Shown here one piece after another: positions 45,440 to 55,174 of a stretch of DNA of 60,369 nt. A program made the translations under genes and the position numbers. Origin of the DNA: an uncultured Candidatus Poseidoniales archaeon (lineage in GTDB: Archaea > Thermoplasmatota > Poseidoniia > Poseidoniales > Poseidoniaceae); assembly GCA_964577145.1 (NCBI GenBank), contig CAZNXM010000007.1, forward strand, positions 4,224 to 64,592. Direction: 5' to 3'. The stretch's first letter is position 1. The number at the start of each line of letters is the position of its first letter. The notes beneath the pieces are model-generated. The model was not told the origin of the DNA. It did not search any database and saw nothing but the letters and a program-made list of their open reading frames with translations.

Positions 45440-48400
45440 TCACTCAACGATAACGAAAGAATCTGCACTCGATTCACAGTTTAGACACGTTTTCACATCG
45501 CATACTGAATGATAGCGTGCGCCGCACCCGGGGCAACCTAGCATGCCTGAAAGAATAGGTTGACGGCAGGACCAGCAAGGAGTTGCGTCCGCAGAGGCCG
45601 AGAATGCAGCCGCGGCTGGGGCGGCGGCCGGAGTTTCCAGCGGAACATGGTCGGTTTCATTTGCCATTCTTCGGATTAGAAGGCCAACCAAAACCACGAT
45701 AATTAACACACCTAATATCGACAAAGTCACGACAGTCATATTGGCTCCTGGTTCGGTAATTAGTTCACCCTCTGAACTCATTTCATATGTCATGGTACGG
45801 CCTGAAACATCAGGACTATTTGCCAATGCAAAAGTGAAACTAACTTCCCCAGGTTGACTTGCGTTTACTTTCAATCGCAGGCGTTTGGATTCTCCTGCGC
45901 TTAAATCGATCATATCTCCTCCATCAAATGCAGCAGTCCATTCCTCTGGAGGAGTAACAGAAACTCGGTCTGAAATTAGGCTATTTCCCGTATTGGTGAT
46001 AGTGATTTGAAGAGTAGATTCAACTCCTGTTTCAACAATTGATGCGCCTTCAAACTTCCAACTTATCCCCTTCACTTCAGCTACACTCATCGAAATCTGA
46101 TGTTGAATGCTTACGGAACCATCATCAAGAACAACAGTGAACGATGGTTCTGAACCTGGATTTGCAGTTGCAGGAATAATCACAGTGCACGTCATCGCCT
46201 CAACATCGTTCTTTCCTAGAGGTTCAACATTGTCACATTCTCCAAGCAAACCACTTCCCAATTGAAGAGTAGTACTCGGATTCCACAGCGTATCTGCTTC
46301 ATTTGAAACAAGCCAAGTATAGTTCAAGGCTTTTCCAGTTGGATGAGAACCAGAACCGAATTCATTCGACCATGTTTCTCCATCGATTTCAAGAGAGAGA
46401 AATGTCATTACAGGTTCGGCCAATTGAATGACACTGATTGGAGATTGGTCTTGCCAACTCAATGAAGGTCCGTCAAGAATGAATGTAATATCACCACTCT
46501 TTGCCCCTTCTGCTGCGGTAATGGAAATTAGGATATTGCGACTACCAGTCCAAGATAATGTGAACTCTTCCAAGATAGTATTCTGAACCCATCCAGTAGG
46601 TAGTTGAAGACGCGGAGATAAATCGAGGTCGATATTTCCCTCATGTTCAATACTATACTGCAAAGAGATAGTGCTACCAGGCATTATCGAAGATAATTGA
46701 GTTTCAAGGTCAACACTAATTTCCTTAATCTCTTGTACAATCAAAGGTAGATCATAGATTACATGACCTGCTACTTCAGTCTGTGAAACCACACGCAATT
46801 TCACTGTTAATTCAGAACCTGCCAATGTCATTACTTGTGGTGGTGTGAATGTAATTCCAACACTCCTTTCACCGCCCTCCAGCATTAGACCTGTAGAACC
46901 AGAATTTGCACCGCCTTGAATTGATAAGTCATCGAAACCAGAATGCCAACCTGGTGGACTCTCAAGGAATAAGTCGTAACCGATATCGGTATTTCCATCA
47001 TTGAAAAGTCGTACATCGATAGACGTAGGATTAGATGGATGAACCGGTATTTTCTGGTAATCGATTTCTATTCTAGTATCTGCGAGAATTAGCACATCTA
47101 GTTCTAGGGTAAATGGCGATTCAACATTATTATCGGTATCTTCACCAAGTAATTCGATAGAATATATCCCGGGTTCTGGGCCTGCAGGATGGACTAAAGT
47201 CACATTCACCAGTGCTCCTTCTTGCCCTTCGAGAGAGAAGTCGGTCTCATCGAGCCCAACATACCAAGGGAGTATTTCACCATTCGGAGAAGTCACACCG
47301 GTCGACGAAAGCGAGGCATTTGTCGAAAGTAATGCAGTATTGGTTAGTACTACTTGCCATGATGAAGTTGTGGCCAAAATATCAGTCAAAACAGTTGTAG
47401 AGTCTTCCGATTCTATTCGGACGCCAGGTGTTGTAACATTCACAATAATGTCTGCACGGTTATTGGCTTCATTGATTTCATCGATTGAATCATCACTGTC
47501 TACCAAGAAAGTGAGAGTACGTGAGCCAGCAGTCTGAGGGTTCCACCAAAATCCAAGGGCCTTTACTCCACCCGGTCCGAGGTCGAAAGTAGAGGTGTCA
47601 ATTGGAACGCCTTCCTCTTGGAAGATTACCTCGACGCCTTGTGCTTCGACATTTCCGAGATTGGTAATGTCGATCTCGACGAATACTGTGTCCCCCACTT
47701 GTGGAATTTCAATATCTGTTGAAAAAGTAGCGGCAATAGGACTTGGGTCTGGCCTTAGGTCATTCACACCTACTCCAGAAACCGCTACTGCAAATGGTTG
47801 AGTCTTACTTCCTGAGTGGCCCGCATCTCTAACTTCAAGACTCCATAAGCCAGTCGCTGCACTATCGATTAACACAACTTCGACATTATTCAAATCATCA
47901 TAATTCCCGCCTTGAATTGACCGCCCTTGGCTGAAGACATTACCTCTGTATTCCGTTCCAGAAGGGTCGGTAAGTGTCAAATCGAGGTCATTTACCAATT
48001 GGGTGTTAGAAAACCTTGAGCCTCTCTCATCAGACCAAGCGACTACTGCTTTGAATGGTTGATTCGGTGATGTGATATTGAATGAATATGTCTTGGTATT
48101 ACCAGTTGAAGAAAGTACAGACCTATCATCAACCCAAATACCACGGTCATTGCTTGGAGCAAGGGTATTTTTGAGGTCTATTCTACCCCATCCTTCATTC
48201 ATATTTGGAATATCTCGGCTCCCCATATCCTTAGCACCAAGAATCATCAAAGCCTTCACTAAAGCACCTTGAGGTTCTGGCCTCTGAGCAATCTCAGTAA
48301 TGTATTCACGAATTAGTGCTGCTGTACCTGCTGCATTTGGTGTTGCCATCGAGGTACCCGTGTACTCAAGGTACCAAGTACTCGACCAAGTTGAGCCGCC

Positions 48401-49864
48401 GGTATCAGTTGCTTCCTGAGCCCTACAAGAGCGAACAAATCCACCGGGGGCAACTATGTCTGGCTTTATTCTTCCATCATCGGTAGGGCCTCGACTTGAA
48501 CCATCCATCAGAGAATTTGGCGCCCCTGAGTATCTATTCTGTGAATTACCAACTGAAATGGTATTCTTTGCTGTAGCTGGCGGCCCGACAGTACCACTAT
48601 CCGGTCCATCATTGCCATTTGCGAATAAAATCACTAGGCCTTCTCTACCACTGTAATATTGGTCATAATATCGAGCACGGTCGTCCACGTCTTCTGCTGA
48701 AGAAGTATATGCGCCCCATTCAGATGATGAAGATGAGCCCCACGAATTGGTATGGACACGAGCACCCTGATTATACGCTGTATTGAGCATATTGTTGATA
48801 CTAGCCCATTGGAAGTTGCCACTGTTATCATTTTCCATCGCTTGGAAATATAACTCAGCCTCAGGTGCTATACCTGCGTAACTTGAGGTATGGCTACCAT
48901 CGCCAAGAACTGTGCATGCTACATGTGTACCATGTCCAGAATGTTGGTCCGCTGTAGAGCCGTCTCCGACTAAGTCTACATTACCGACAACTCTCGTTCC
49001 AAAATCGCCGTGGTCCTCATCCAAACCGGAATCTGCAACTGCGACGATAATTCCTGAACCATCGAGGTCTGTTGTGTAATATTGACGCATCACATTGATG
49101 CCGGTATGGCTTCGTGCTTGATCATTGTAAAGCATGATTTCTGGAAGCGGCCCTATCCACGCTATCGCGGGTTCCATTGCGAGAGATGCAATTGAAGTTG
49201 TAGTGAATCCATCATAACGACCTGTTTCAGCGAAATGGGTATTCTCAAGCATGTTATGTGCAACACGGTCCATCGATTGATAGAGTGAGTCTCCCCGAGA
49301 ATCGGTGAGTGATACTCCATCGAGTAATGTCTCTCCTCTCCAAGATTCAATACGAACTGGCGTTCCTTCATCGGAATTCATTACACGTTCATCGACCAGC
49401 ATTGCAATCGGTATTGGCTGGGTTGAGGCTACACCTTCGACACTGAAAACAAGGGCCAACGCGTTCTGTGTTCCTTGAACCATCAAACCCGATGGGGAAA
49501 TGAACTCCCTCACCGAGAGTCCTGGGATTGCATCAAGTTCTGCTCTTGCATCTGCAATTCTGACATCGGATGATATCAACAGTAGAGCCATGTCGGTTCT
49601 CGGTACAAGCAATTCATCAGGAATTGCAGTTTCAAATAAGACACCATTTGCATCGTGTATGCCAATTCTTGAATGCGCTAGAAGCGCTCTATCTTCGAGC
49701 GCAAGAGTTTCATCAAGAACTCCGACAAGGCTTGACATAGCATCTTCTGGAAGGTCAAAACGCAACCATTCGACTCCTGATTGTCCAGCCTCATTCTCAG
49801 ACTGTTCGGGAATAGGAATACTCGAAAGGAGCAGGACCACCAGTAGAAGTAACGCTCTTCGCAC
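45440..49864 (-). CDS. Membrane-anchored S8 (subtilisin-like) serine protease with CARDB/Ig-like repeats and a cytoplasmic C4HC3 Zn finger
   Basis: Catalytic triad VAVADSG, HGTHVA and GTSMATP, oxyanion ANGNDG, LVNDLDL/NNVE domain, CARDB IDEINEANN, TM, then CWSC..CPGC...YHSVC....CLNC. Confidence 0.94.
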   Translation of the reverse strand: MRRALLLLVVLLLSSIPIPEQSENEAGQSGVEWLRFDLPEDAMSSLVGVLDETLALEDRALLAHSRIGIHDANGVLFETAIPDELLVPRTDMALLLISSDVRIADARAELDAIPGLSVREFISPSGLMVQGTQNALALVFSVEGVASTQPIPIAMLVDERVMNSDEGTPVRIESWRGETLLDGVSLTDSRGDSLYQSMDRVAHNMLENTHFAETGRYDGFTTTSIASLAMEPAIAWIGPLPEIMLYNDQARSHTGINVMRQYYTTDLDGSGIIVAVADSGLDEDHGDFGTRVVGNVDLVGDGSTADQHSGHGTHVACTVLGDGSHTSSYAGIAPEAELYFQAMENDNSGNFQWASINNMLNTAYNQGARVHTNSWGSSSSSEWGAYTSSAEDVDDRARYYDQYYSGREGLVILFANGNDGPDSGTVGPPATAKNTISVGNSQNRYSGAPNSLMDGSSRGPTDDGRIKPDIVAPGGFVRSCRAQEATDTGGSTWSSTWYLEYTGTSMATPNAAGTAALIREYITEIAQRPEPQGALVKALMILGAKDMGSRDIPNMNEGWGRIDLKNTLAPSNDRGIWVDDRSVLSSTGNTKTYSFNITSPNQPFKAVVAWSDERGSRFSNTQLVNDLDLTLTDPSGTEYRGNVFSQGRSIQGGNYDDLNNVEVVLIDSAATGLWSLEVRDAGHSGSKTQPFAVAVSGVGVNDLRPDPSPIAATFSTDIEIPQVGDTVFVEIDITNLGNVEAQGVEVIFQEEGVPIDTSTFDLGPGGVKALGFWWNPQTAGSRTLTFLVDSDDSIDEINEANNRADIIVNVTTPGVRIESEDSTTVLTDILATTSSWQVVLTNTALLSTNASLSSTGVTSPNGEILPWYVGLDETDFSLEGQEGALVNVTLVHPAGPEPGIYSIELLGEDTDNNVESPFTLELDVLILADTRIEIDYQKIPVHPSNPTSIDVRLFNDGNTDIGYDLFLESPPGWHSGFDDLSIQGGANSGSTGLMLEGGERSVGITFTPPQVMTLAGSELTVKLRVVSQTEVAGHVIYDLPLIVQEIKEISVDLETQLSSIMPGSTISLQYSIEHEGNIDLDLSPRLQLPTGWVQNTILEEFTLSWTGSRNILISITAAEGAKSGDITFILDGPSLSWQDQSPISVIQLAEPVMTFLSLEIDGETWSNEFGSGSHPTGKALNYTWLVSNEADTLWNPSTTLQLGSGLLGECDNVEPLGKNDVEAMTCTVIIPATANPGSEPSFTVVLDDGSVSIQHQISMSVAEVKGISWKFEGASIVETGVESTLQITITNTGNSLISDRVSVTPPEEWTAAFDGGDMIDLSAGESKRLRLKVNASQPGEVSFTFALANSPDVSGRTMTYEMSSEGELITEPGANMTVVTLSILGVLIIVVLVGLLIRRMANETDHVPLETPAAAPAAAAFSASADATPCWSCRQPILSGMLGCPGCGARYHSVCDVKTCLNCESSADSFVIVE

Positions 49865-49914
49865 GGCCTAAAGGCCGTGTTGGGACTGCTTTAGGACTTG
49901 TCACTCCACGGGTG

Positions 49915-50460
49915 CTAAAGGAACCAAGTAGTGGTATCACATTCATCGGTGAATACCTCATACATCGTTTCACCGATTGGATGGCTGAATGTCTGGGTAT
50001 GTGATTTACCATTGAAATCAGTCCATCCTACATTGATAACGACATGATATTCTTCCCATACAGAATGTCCGAATAAAACGAGTTCCATTTCATCGCCAGA
50101 TATGCTCGTATGGCTGGCAACAGAATTGAAAGAATGCTGATATTGACCAACTACAATATCTGATGAATCTATTACCTCTACACTGAAGCTCACATCTGTA
50201 ACTTCCCTACTTCCAGTATTGCTAAACTCGGTCATGATAATATGTCCTTGACGTTGGAGATATACAGTCTCTATTTCAACCGAATCTCGTGGAATAACCC
50301 AATACCAAGTAGAGACTAATGATCCCAATAGAATTAGCATTAGCACACCGGCTAAAGCGATTCGAATTGGATGCACTCTTTCAGACAATTCCTTTACTCT
50401 CTCGCCGACCTCTTGGACGAGTTCTTCGATGACATCTGGATCTTCGGTATCTGGATTCAT
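49915..50460 (-). CDS. Hypothetical membrane protein (N-terminal TM and a small Ig-like domain)
   Basis: Hydrophobic IALAGVLMLILLGSLVSTWYWVI followed by a beta-rich FSNTGS domain. Starts 1 nt after the upstream gene's stop. Confidence 0.7.
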   Translation of the reverse strand: MNPDTEDPDVIEELVQEVGERVKELSERVHPIRIALAGVLMLILLGSLVSTWYWVIPRDSVEIETVYLQRQGHIIMTEFSNTGSREVTDVSFSVEVIDSSDIVVGQYQHSFNSVASHTSISGDEMELVLFGHSVWEEYHVVINVGWTDFNGKSHTQTFSHPIGETMYEVFTDECDTTTWFL

Positions 50461-50461
50461 T

Positions 50462-53400
50462 TCAACTCACCACCCAATTAACTCCCGTAGCGATTAGTGT
50501 CGTAATCGGCTCTGCAATCATGATATGTGTAGTGTCGACCTTTTCACCGGTCAAACTACCGATTAGTGAAAGGTCTGTTACTACACCATTTACTCCCATA
50601 CTCGATGCGGTTGGTATTCCACCGGTGAATTGGGCATCGAGTAATACACCACGGCCATCTATTGTGTAATCACCAACTTCAGCCTCTGCATGTGCTGTTG
50701 CTACAATTCGACCGCTAGAAATACCGTCGAGGATGATGATTGGATATCCACCAATTTTCTTGATATGAACATCAGCACTCTTCAAATCCTCTCCAACGAC
50801 CTCTGCAGTAACCAGTGTTAGGCCAGGTCGCATTGGAGTATCGCTTCTTCTCAAGTATAATTTTTCAACACCATTTCCTGATGCCGAAATTCGCACTCCA
50901 TATTCATCGGTGGTTTCCATCACAAATATGTCAGGTAAGTTTTCTGCAAGCATCAAATTATTACTCTTGATATTCTGAGCCTTACCCTTTGTTTCAAGGA
51001 ATAAATCCATCTCATCACTATTCGAGCGATAATCCAGTTCAAACATGCCCTGGAAACTAACAATTTCATCGATATCGAAATCTGATGCAGGGGACGCATC
51101 GAGGTGCATTTCCCCTGGGACATCATGGATGAACATGGTAGAAGGCCACCAAATATCATCGACTTTTCGCAATTGCTGTAAGATCAGGGAATCGGCAGCG
51201 TTGACTCCGATTCGGTACTCAGGTGGGACAACTAAGTCTGCAATTAACACATCACCAATGGTCGCTGAAAGGTTGACCTTTCTTGGAGCATCAAAAATCA
51301 TCATCTCAGTTCTTATTCCTCTAATGTGATTATTCTGTAAAACATGGGCTGTATTCATCCTCTCCCCAATATCATATGTCATATCGATATTAGTACGGGG
51401 GATTACCCTATCAGCATCAGTAGTGAATACAGCATCGAGTATGACATCTCGTGACATCTCGGTGTTCAATCCGTCGAGTTTGAGTACAGTATCTGTTCGT
51501 GATAATCCATGGACCTCGATAGTAAGAACGGGTCGCTCCGGCTTGTATTGCTCTAATTGTGCAGTTATTTGGAAGGTTGGAACATCATCCACCACAACTA
51601 GGTCATATGCAAGGTTGATTCGTCCTGCAGGAAGGCTTGGCATCCAAATCTTGCTTTGCCATGAACGACGCTGTTCCAATGTCAATCCTTCTTCCTCAAG
51701 CAATTCGTGATCGATATTACTCCATTCACGTACTGATACATATCCATCTGCTAATGATTCGATTAGAATTTCAGTCTGATTTAGCCCCGCCCATTCAAAC
51801 GCGTTTGTAATGTCGCTAATCTCGTCTTGCTCTATTCTGAAATCTTCCAATACCGCAGCTACTGTTTCGCGACTTGTTTGAGTAAAGGTAGGCATTCTAC
51901 TGTAATTGAATACCAATTGTGTAGCATCGAGTACTTCTGCTGAAATCCCATGAACCCATCTTGGTTTTTCATCGAGATTTACTCCCTTAGTGATATCGAG
52001 AACCAAATCGAATTCCTCATCGGTCACAAGATCAATTCCAAGAGTCATATTGGTCCTCTCATTCGATGTATCGCCTAAGTTCACCATGCTTTGAAGCGCA
52101 AAATCGTTGATAGAAGCACCAAATTCAATCATCCCTCCGAGGAAGAATGAGAGTGAAAGTACACCATTGCTTTCACCGAAATCTGGAATTTGAATTACCT
52201 GTGAATTCTGAGATGTTGGCAAAGAAAAACTGATATTCGCAGGTAAGGGGTTTAGATGAGCACGCCCCGATAGTCCCATGAACTCATCTTCTCTTACCGA
52301 TACATCCTCCAACAGAATACCGAAAGGAGAACTGCCTGTTCTTTCCATTTCAAATCGGCTATTACCGGATGTGCCGCGCGAACCAGGCTCATCTGGAGGA
52401 TATTGATTGATTCTTGTAATATCAGAGATTCGCATAGACATACTTGCTTCACCTGAGTTTTCATCTACCCAGAATCTAATGTGGTCTCCGTCCATAGTCA
52501 ATGGCTCGGTAGCATTTGAAATTTGAACTACAATTTCATCAACACCTTGCTCGGCAGTAAATCCGAGAGTATCGCCTAATTCCAATGAAAACTCAGATGG
52601 CAAGCCAACCAACCGTAGAGCATTGTACTGGCCATCTCCTTCACCACTGTAGGTGATTGTTCCAATCGGTCCACTAGCAGTGTAGTAGATGTTGGTGCCA
52701 ATTTGGTTAATCAATAATGTATCTGGGCGATTGGAAATGGTTGCAAATTGTCTGACCTTACCTTCGGTTGTTCCAGAACTATGGTTCAGATGGCCTATTA
52801 CGAGAGTTTCATTCGACCTGCCATCAAGGGTAATTTTGCGATCGTCAGAAATTTGGTCGTAAGAATAACCCACTGCTGAAACATTTGTCAAAGTGAGACT
52901 CATGGCTACAGGTACCAATGGGTCTTCTGGGCCGTAACGGCCATCCACTTGCTGATTATCATTGTCTTCTGCAAGAATAATGTGGTCCCCTGGCATCACA
53001 GGCTGGTCACTACTTGCAACTGAAATTGACACAAATGACGCTATATCTGGCATTCTAGTTGAACCATCGGAATGAGCGGATTTGACTTGATTGTAACAGT
53101 TTAGCAATATTTCTCCACTGCTAGTGCCAGCCGTTCCAACAATAGCTTCAGGTAAACCATTGAGGATTGTGCCTATGTCAAGAACAATCTCAACCAGATT
53201 AAGCACGATATTGTCTAACAGTTCTGAAAGTAAATCTGGGGCTGTTCCAAACTCAACCCGCACACGATTTGATGCGGGTATCTCGAATGTTCCGAGAACA
53301 ATAATCACTTCAGGGAGGTCCTCGACTCTGATTAACAATGAAGATGAATCTTCGACATACCCATGTCTTTGGAATGTTGAGACATATTCAAGTTCTGCAA

Positions 53401-55108
53401 TACGCTCTGTACCCGCTATCAAAATTAGGCTATTCCATCTCTCATCAGTAGGGTCGACAATCAATGAAGCATCGTATGTATTTGTAGTAGCATCGGCAGT
53501 GAAATTCTTGATTGCGACTATCAAAGATAGTCGGTCAGGAATATCTCCAGGTAAATTCACAGAATCCGGCGCCTCTCCAATCATTGTGAAAATAGCATTG
53601 ATCTCCTCTGCTGGAAGAGTTCCATGAGGTAATCCCCTAATCCAACCTCGAGAATCTGTGATGTTGCCAAGTTTTCCACCTGCCTCAATATGATTTGACC
53701 TATCCTCGAAATAATGGAACCACAAATCAGCAGTTACATCGCTGTAAATCTCGATTGTGTCAAAGGAATTATCACCAACATTATCATTTCTTAGAACTAA
53801 ATCAACTTCGGATGGAATGACACTGCTACCAATTACTGGATGTAGGGCCACATCGACATATCCCATTTCCATTACTGGACGGTTATTTGTGGCCTCATCT
53901 TTTGCATCAAAATGAACATAGCCAATTCCGACGCTATACCCACATTTATGGTCTCTACTTTCCGCATCATGGTCGGTAATTGTGTCATAGTAATTCCCAT
54001 CCATACAATCTGTTTGTTCATTTGCTGAGGATGAATCGGGATTTGTTATTATGATCGAATAAGGTGCTGTTACAGACATCACTTCAAGTGATGATTCGTC
54101 GGTACCACCGGTGAATATTGACAATACGCCAGCTAGTGTAGCGAGCAAAGTATCGGTAATAGCGAGGTCCATTTGGTCAAGGCCAACTTTGGTCCTGAAA
54201 TCATGAGGGGGTTCGGTGAATCTTGAATCGATGACTAGGGCATATGATTCTCCATTATCCTGTCCGATTGACAAATCATAGGCGAAACCCTTCATCATCG
54301 AGACTTCCATAGTTGCCATATCGTCCCACATTGGATTTGAATGGTCCAATACATGGACCCTCCATTGGAAGTTTGGACGTATCCAAATCGATTCAACAAT
54401 TGGAATCAAATCGTTGGACCAAATTATGTCCCAACCTTCTCCTTGCTCACCCATGCCTGCAATCGAAAGACCAACTCCGATGTCGTTACTACCGTCGCCA
54501 TCCAAATCTATTGCATTGTCAAAAATGCCTGTTCCCTCAAATGAAATGATGTCGCCAGTAAAGGTTCCATAATCCCATGCCTCATATTGTGGACCATCGT
54601 CTCTTGCTGAGTAATTGACGTAAATCGAGTAGGTGTTTGCACCCACTGCTAGAGGGTCTGAAAATGAAGGAGGAAGGTCAAATAATGTTTCAATCAAATC
54701 ATTAGGCCATCCCTCGGGGTGAGTTGAATTATCGGTGAGATAAGTATAGGGCCGTGGATGATTGGGTTCCAATGGCGTGGTATCTCTCATCGTAATTTGC
54801 CCAAGCACGCCATCTGTAGCAAGTAATGCATCACCTTCACCAATCAATCTTCCATTGGCTACAACTGCATCAAGAACTGCTTCGGCTTCGGATTTTGCTC
54901 TTTCATCTTCACCTGAAAGTGCTTGTTGATTCAATGCATCAGCCATTGCGTCGAGTACACCGAAGTCGTCGCGACCAACCGACACATCCGCAGTTGTCGG
55001 TGAAAAAATGGGCAAGAACATGACGAGAACTAGCACTATTGCCATCCGCCGTCCATCGACAGGACGCTGTACTCCTCGTTGGAGAAGACGTACGCCATCC
55101 GCTGACAT
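50462..55108 (-). CDS. Very large (1548 aa) secreted acidic beta-rich hypothetical protein
   Basis: Long uninterrupted ORF, signal peptide RRMAIVLVLVMFLPIFSPTTA, DLDGDGSND Ca-binding-like loop. No catalytic motif recognised. Confidence 0.75.
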   Translation of the reverse strand: MSADGVRLLQRGVQRPVDGRRMAIVLVLVMFLPIFSPTTADVSVGRDDFGVLDAMADALNQQALSGEDERAKSEAEAVLDAVVANGRLIGEGDALLATDGVLGQITMRDTTPLEPNHPRPYTYLTDNSTHPEGWPNDLIETLFDLPPSFSDPLAVGANTYSIYVNYSARDDGPQYEAWDYGTFTGDIISFEGTGIFDNAIDLDGDGSNDIGVGLSIAGMGEQGEGWDIIWSNDLIPIVESIWIRPNFQWRVHVLDHSNPMWDDMATMEVSMMKGFAYDLSIGQDNGESYALVIDSRFTEPPHDFRTKVGLDQMDLAITDTLLATLAGVLSIFTGGTDESSLEVMSVTAPYSIIITNPDSSSANEQTDCMDGNYYDTITDHDAESRDHKCGYSVGIGYVHFDAKDEATNNRPVMEMGYVDVALHPVIGSSVIPSEVDLVLRNDNVGDNSFDTIEIYSDVTADLWFHYFEDRSNHIEAGGKLGNITDSRGWIRGLPHGTLPAEEINAIFTMIGEAPDSVNLPGDIPDRLSLIVAIKNFTADATTNTYDASLIVDPTDERWNSLILIAGTERIAELEYVSTFQRHGYVEDSSSLLIRVEDLPEVIIVLGTFEIPASNRVRVEFGTAPDLLSELLDNIVLNLVEIVLDIGTILNGLPEAIVGTAGTSSGEILLNCYNQVKSAHSDGSTRMPDIASFVSISVASSDQPVMPGDHIILAEDNDNQQVDGRYGPEDPLVPVAMSLTLTNVSAVGYSYDQISDDRKITLDGRSNETLVIGHLNHSSGTTEGKVRQFATISNRPDTLLINQIGTNIYYTASGPIGTITYSGEGDGQYNALRLVGLPSEFSLELGDTLGFTAEQGVDEIVVQISNATEPLTMDGDHIRFWVDENSGEASMSMRISDITRINQYPPDEPGSRGTSGNSRFEMERTGSSPFGILLEDVSVREDEFMGLSGRAHLNPLPANISFSLPTSQNSQVIQIPDFGESNGVLSLSFFLGGMIEFGASINDFALQSMVNLGDTSNERTNMTLGIDLVTDEEFDLVLDITKGVNLDEKPRWVHGISAEVLDATQLVFNYSRMPTFTQTSRETVAAVLEDFRIEQDEISDITNAFEWAGLNQTEILIESLADGYVSVREWSNIDHELLEEEGLTLEQRRSWQSKIWMPSLPAGRINLAYDLVVVDDVPTFQITAQLEQYKPERPVLTIEVHGLSRTDTVLKLDGLNTEMSRDVILDAVFTTDADRVIPRTNIDMTYDIGERMNTAHVLQNNHIRGIRTEMMIFDAPRKVNLSATIGDVLIADLVVPPEYRIGVNAADSLILQQLRKVDDIWWPSTMFIHDVPGEMHLDASPASDFDIDEIVSFQGMFELDYRSNSDEMDLFLETKGKAQNIKSNNLMLAENLPDIFVMETTDEYGVRISASGNGVEKLYLRRSDTPMRPGLTLVTAEVVGEDLKSADVHIKKIGGYPIIILDGISSGRIVATAHAEAEVGDYTIDGRGVLLDAQFTGGIPTASSMGVNGVVTDLSLIGSLTGEKVDTTHIMIAEPITTLIATGVNWVVS

Positions 55109-55174
55109 CAGTATGAATGACTACTCTAAGCCGTATCAACCCATCCCTCATGCGGGCGCGAGATGTGTCGTTTT

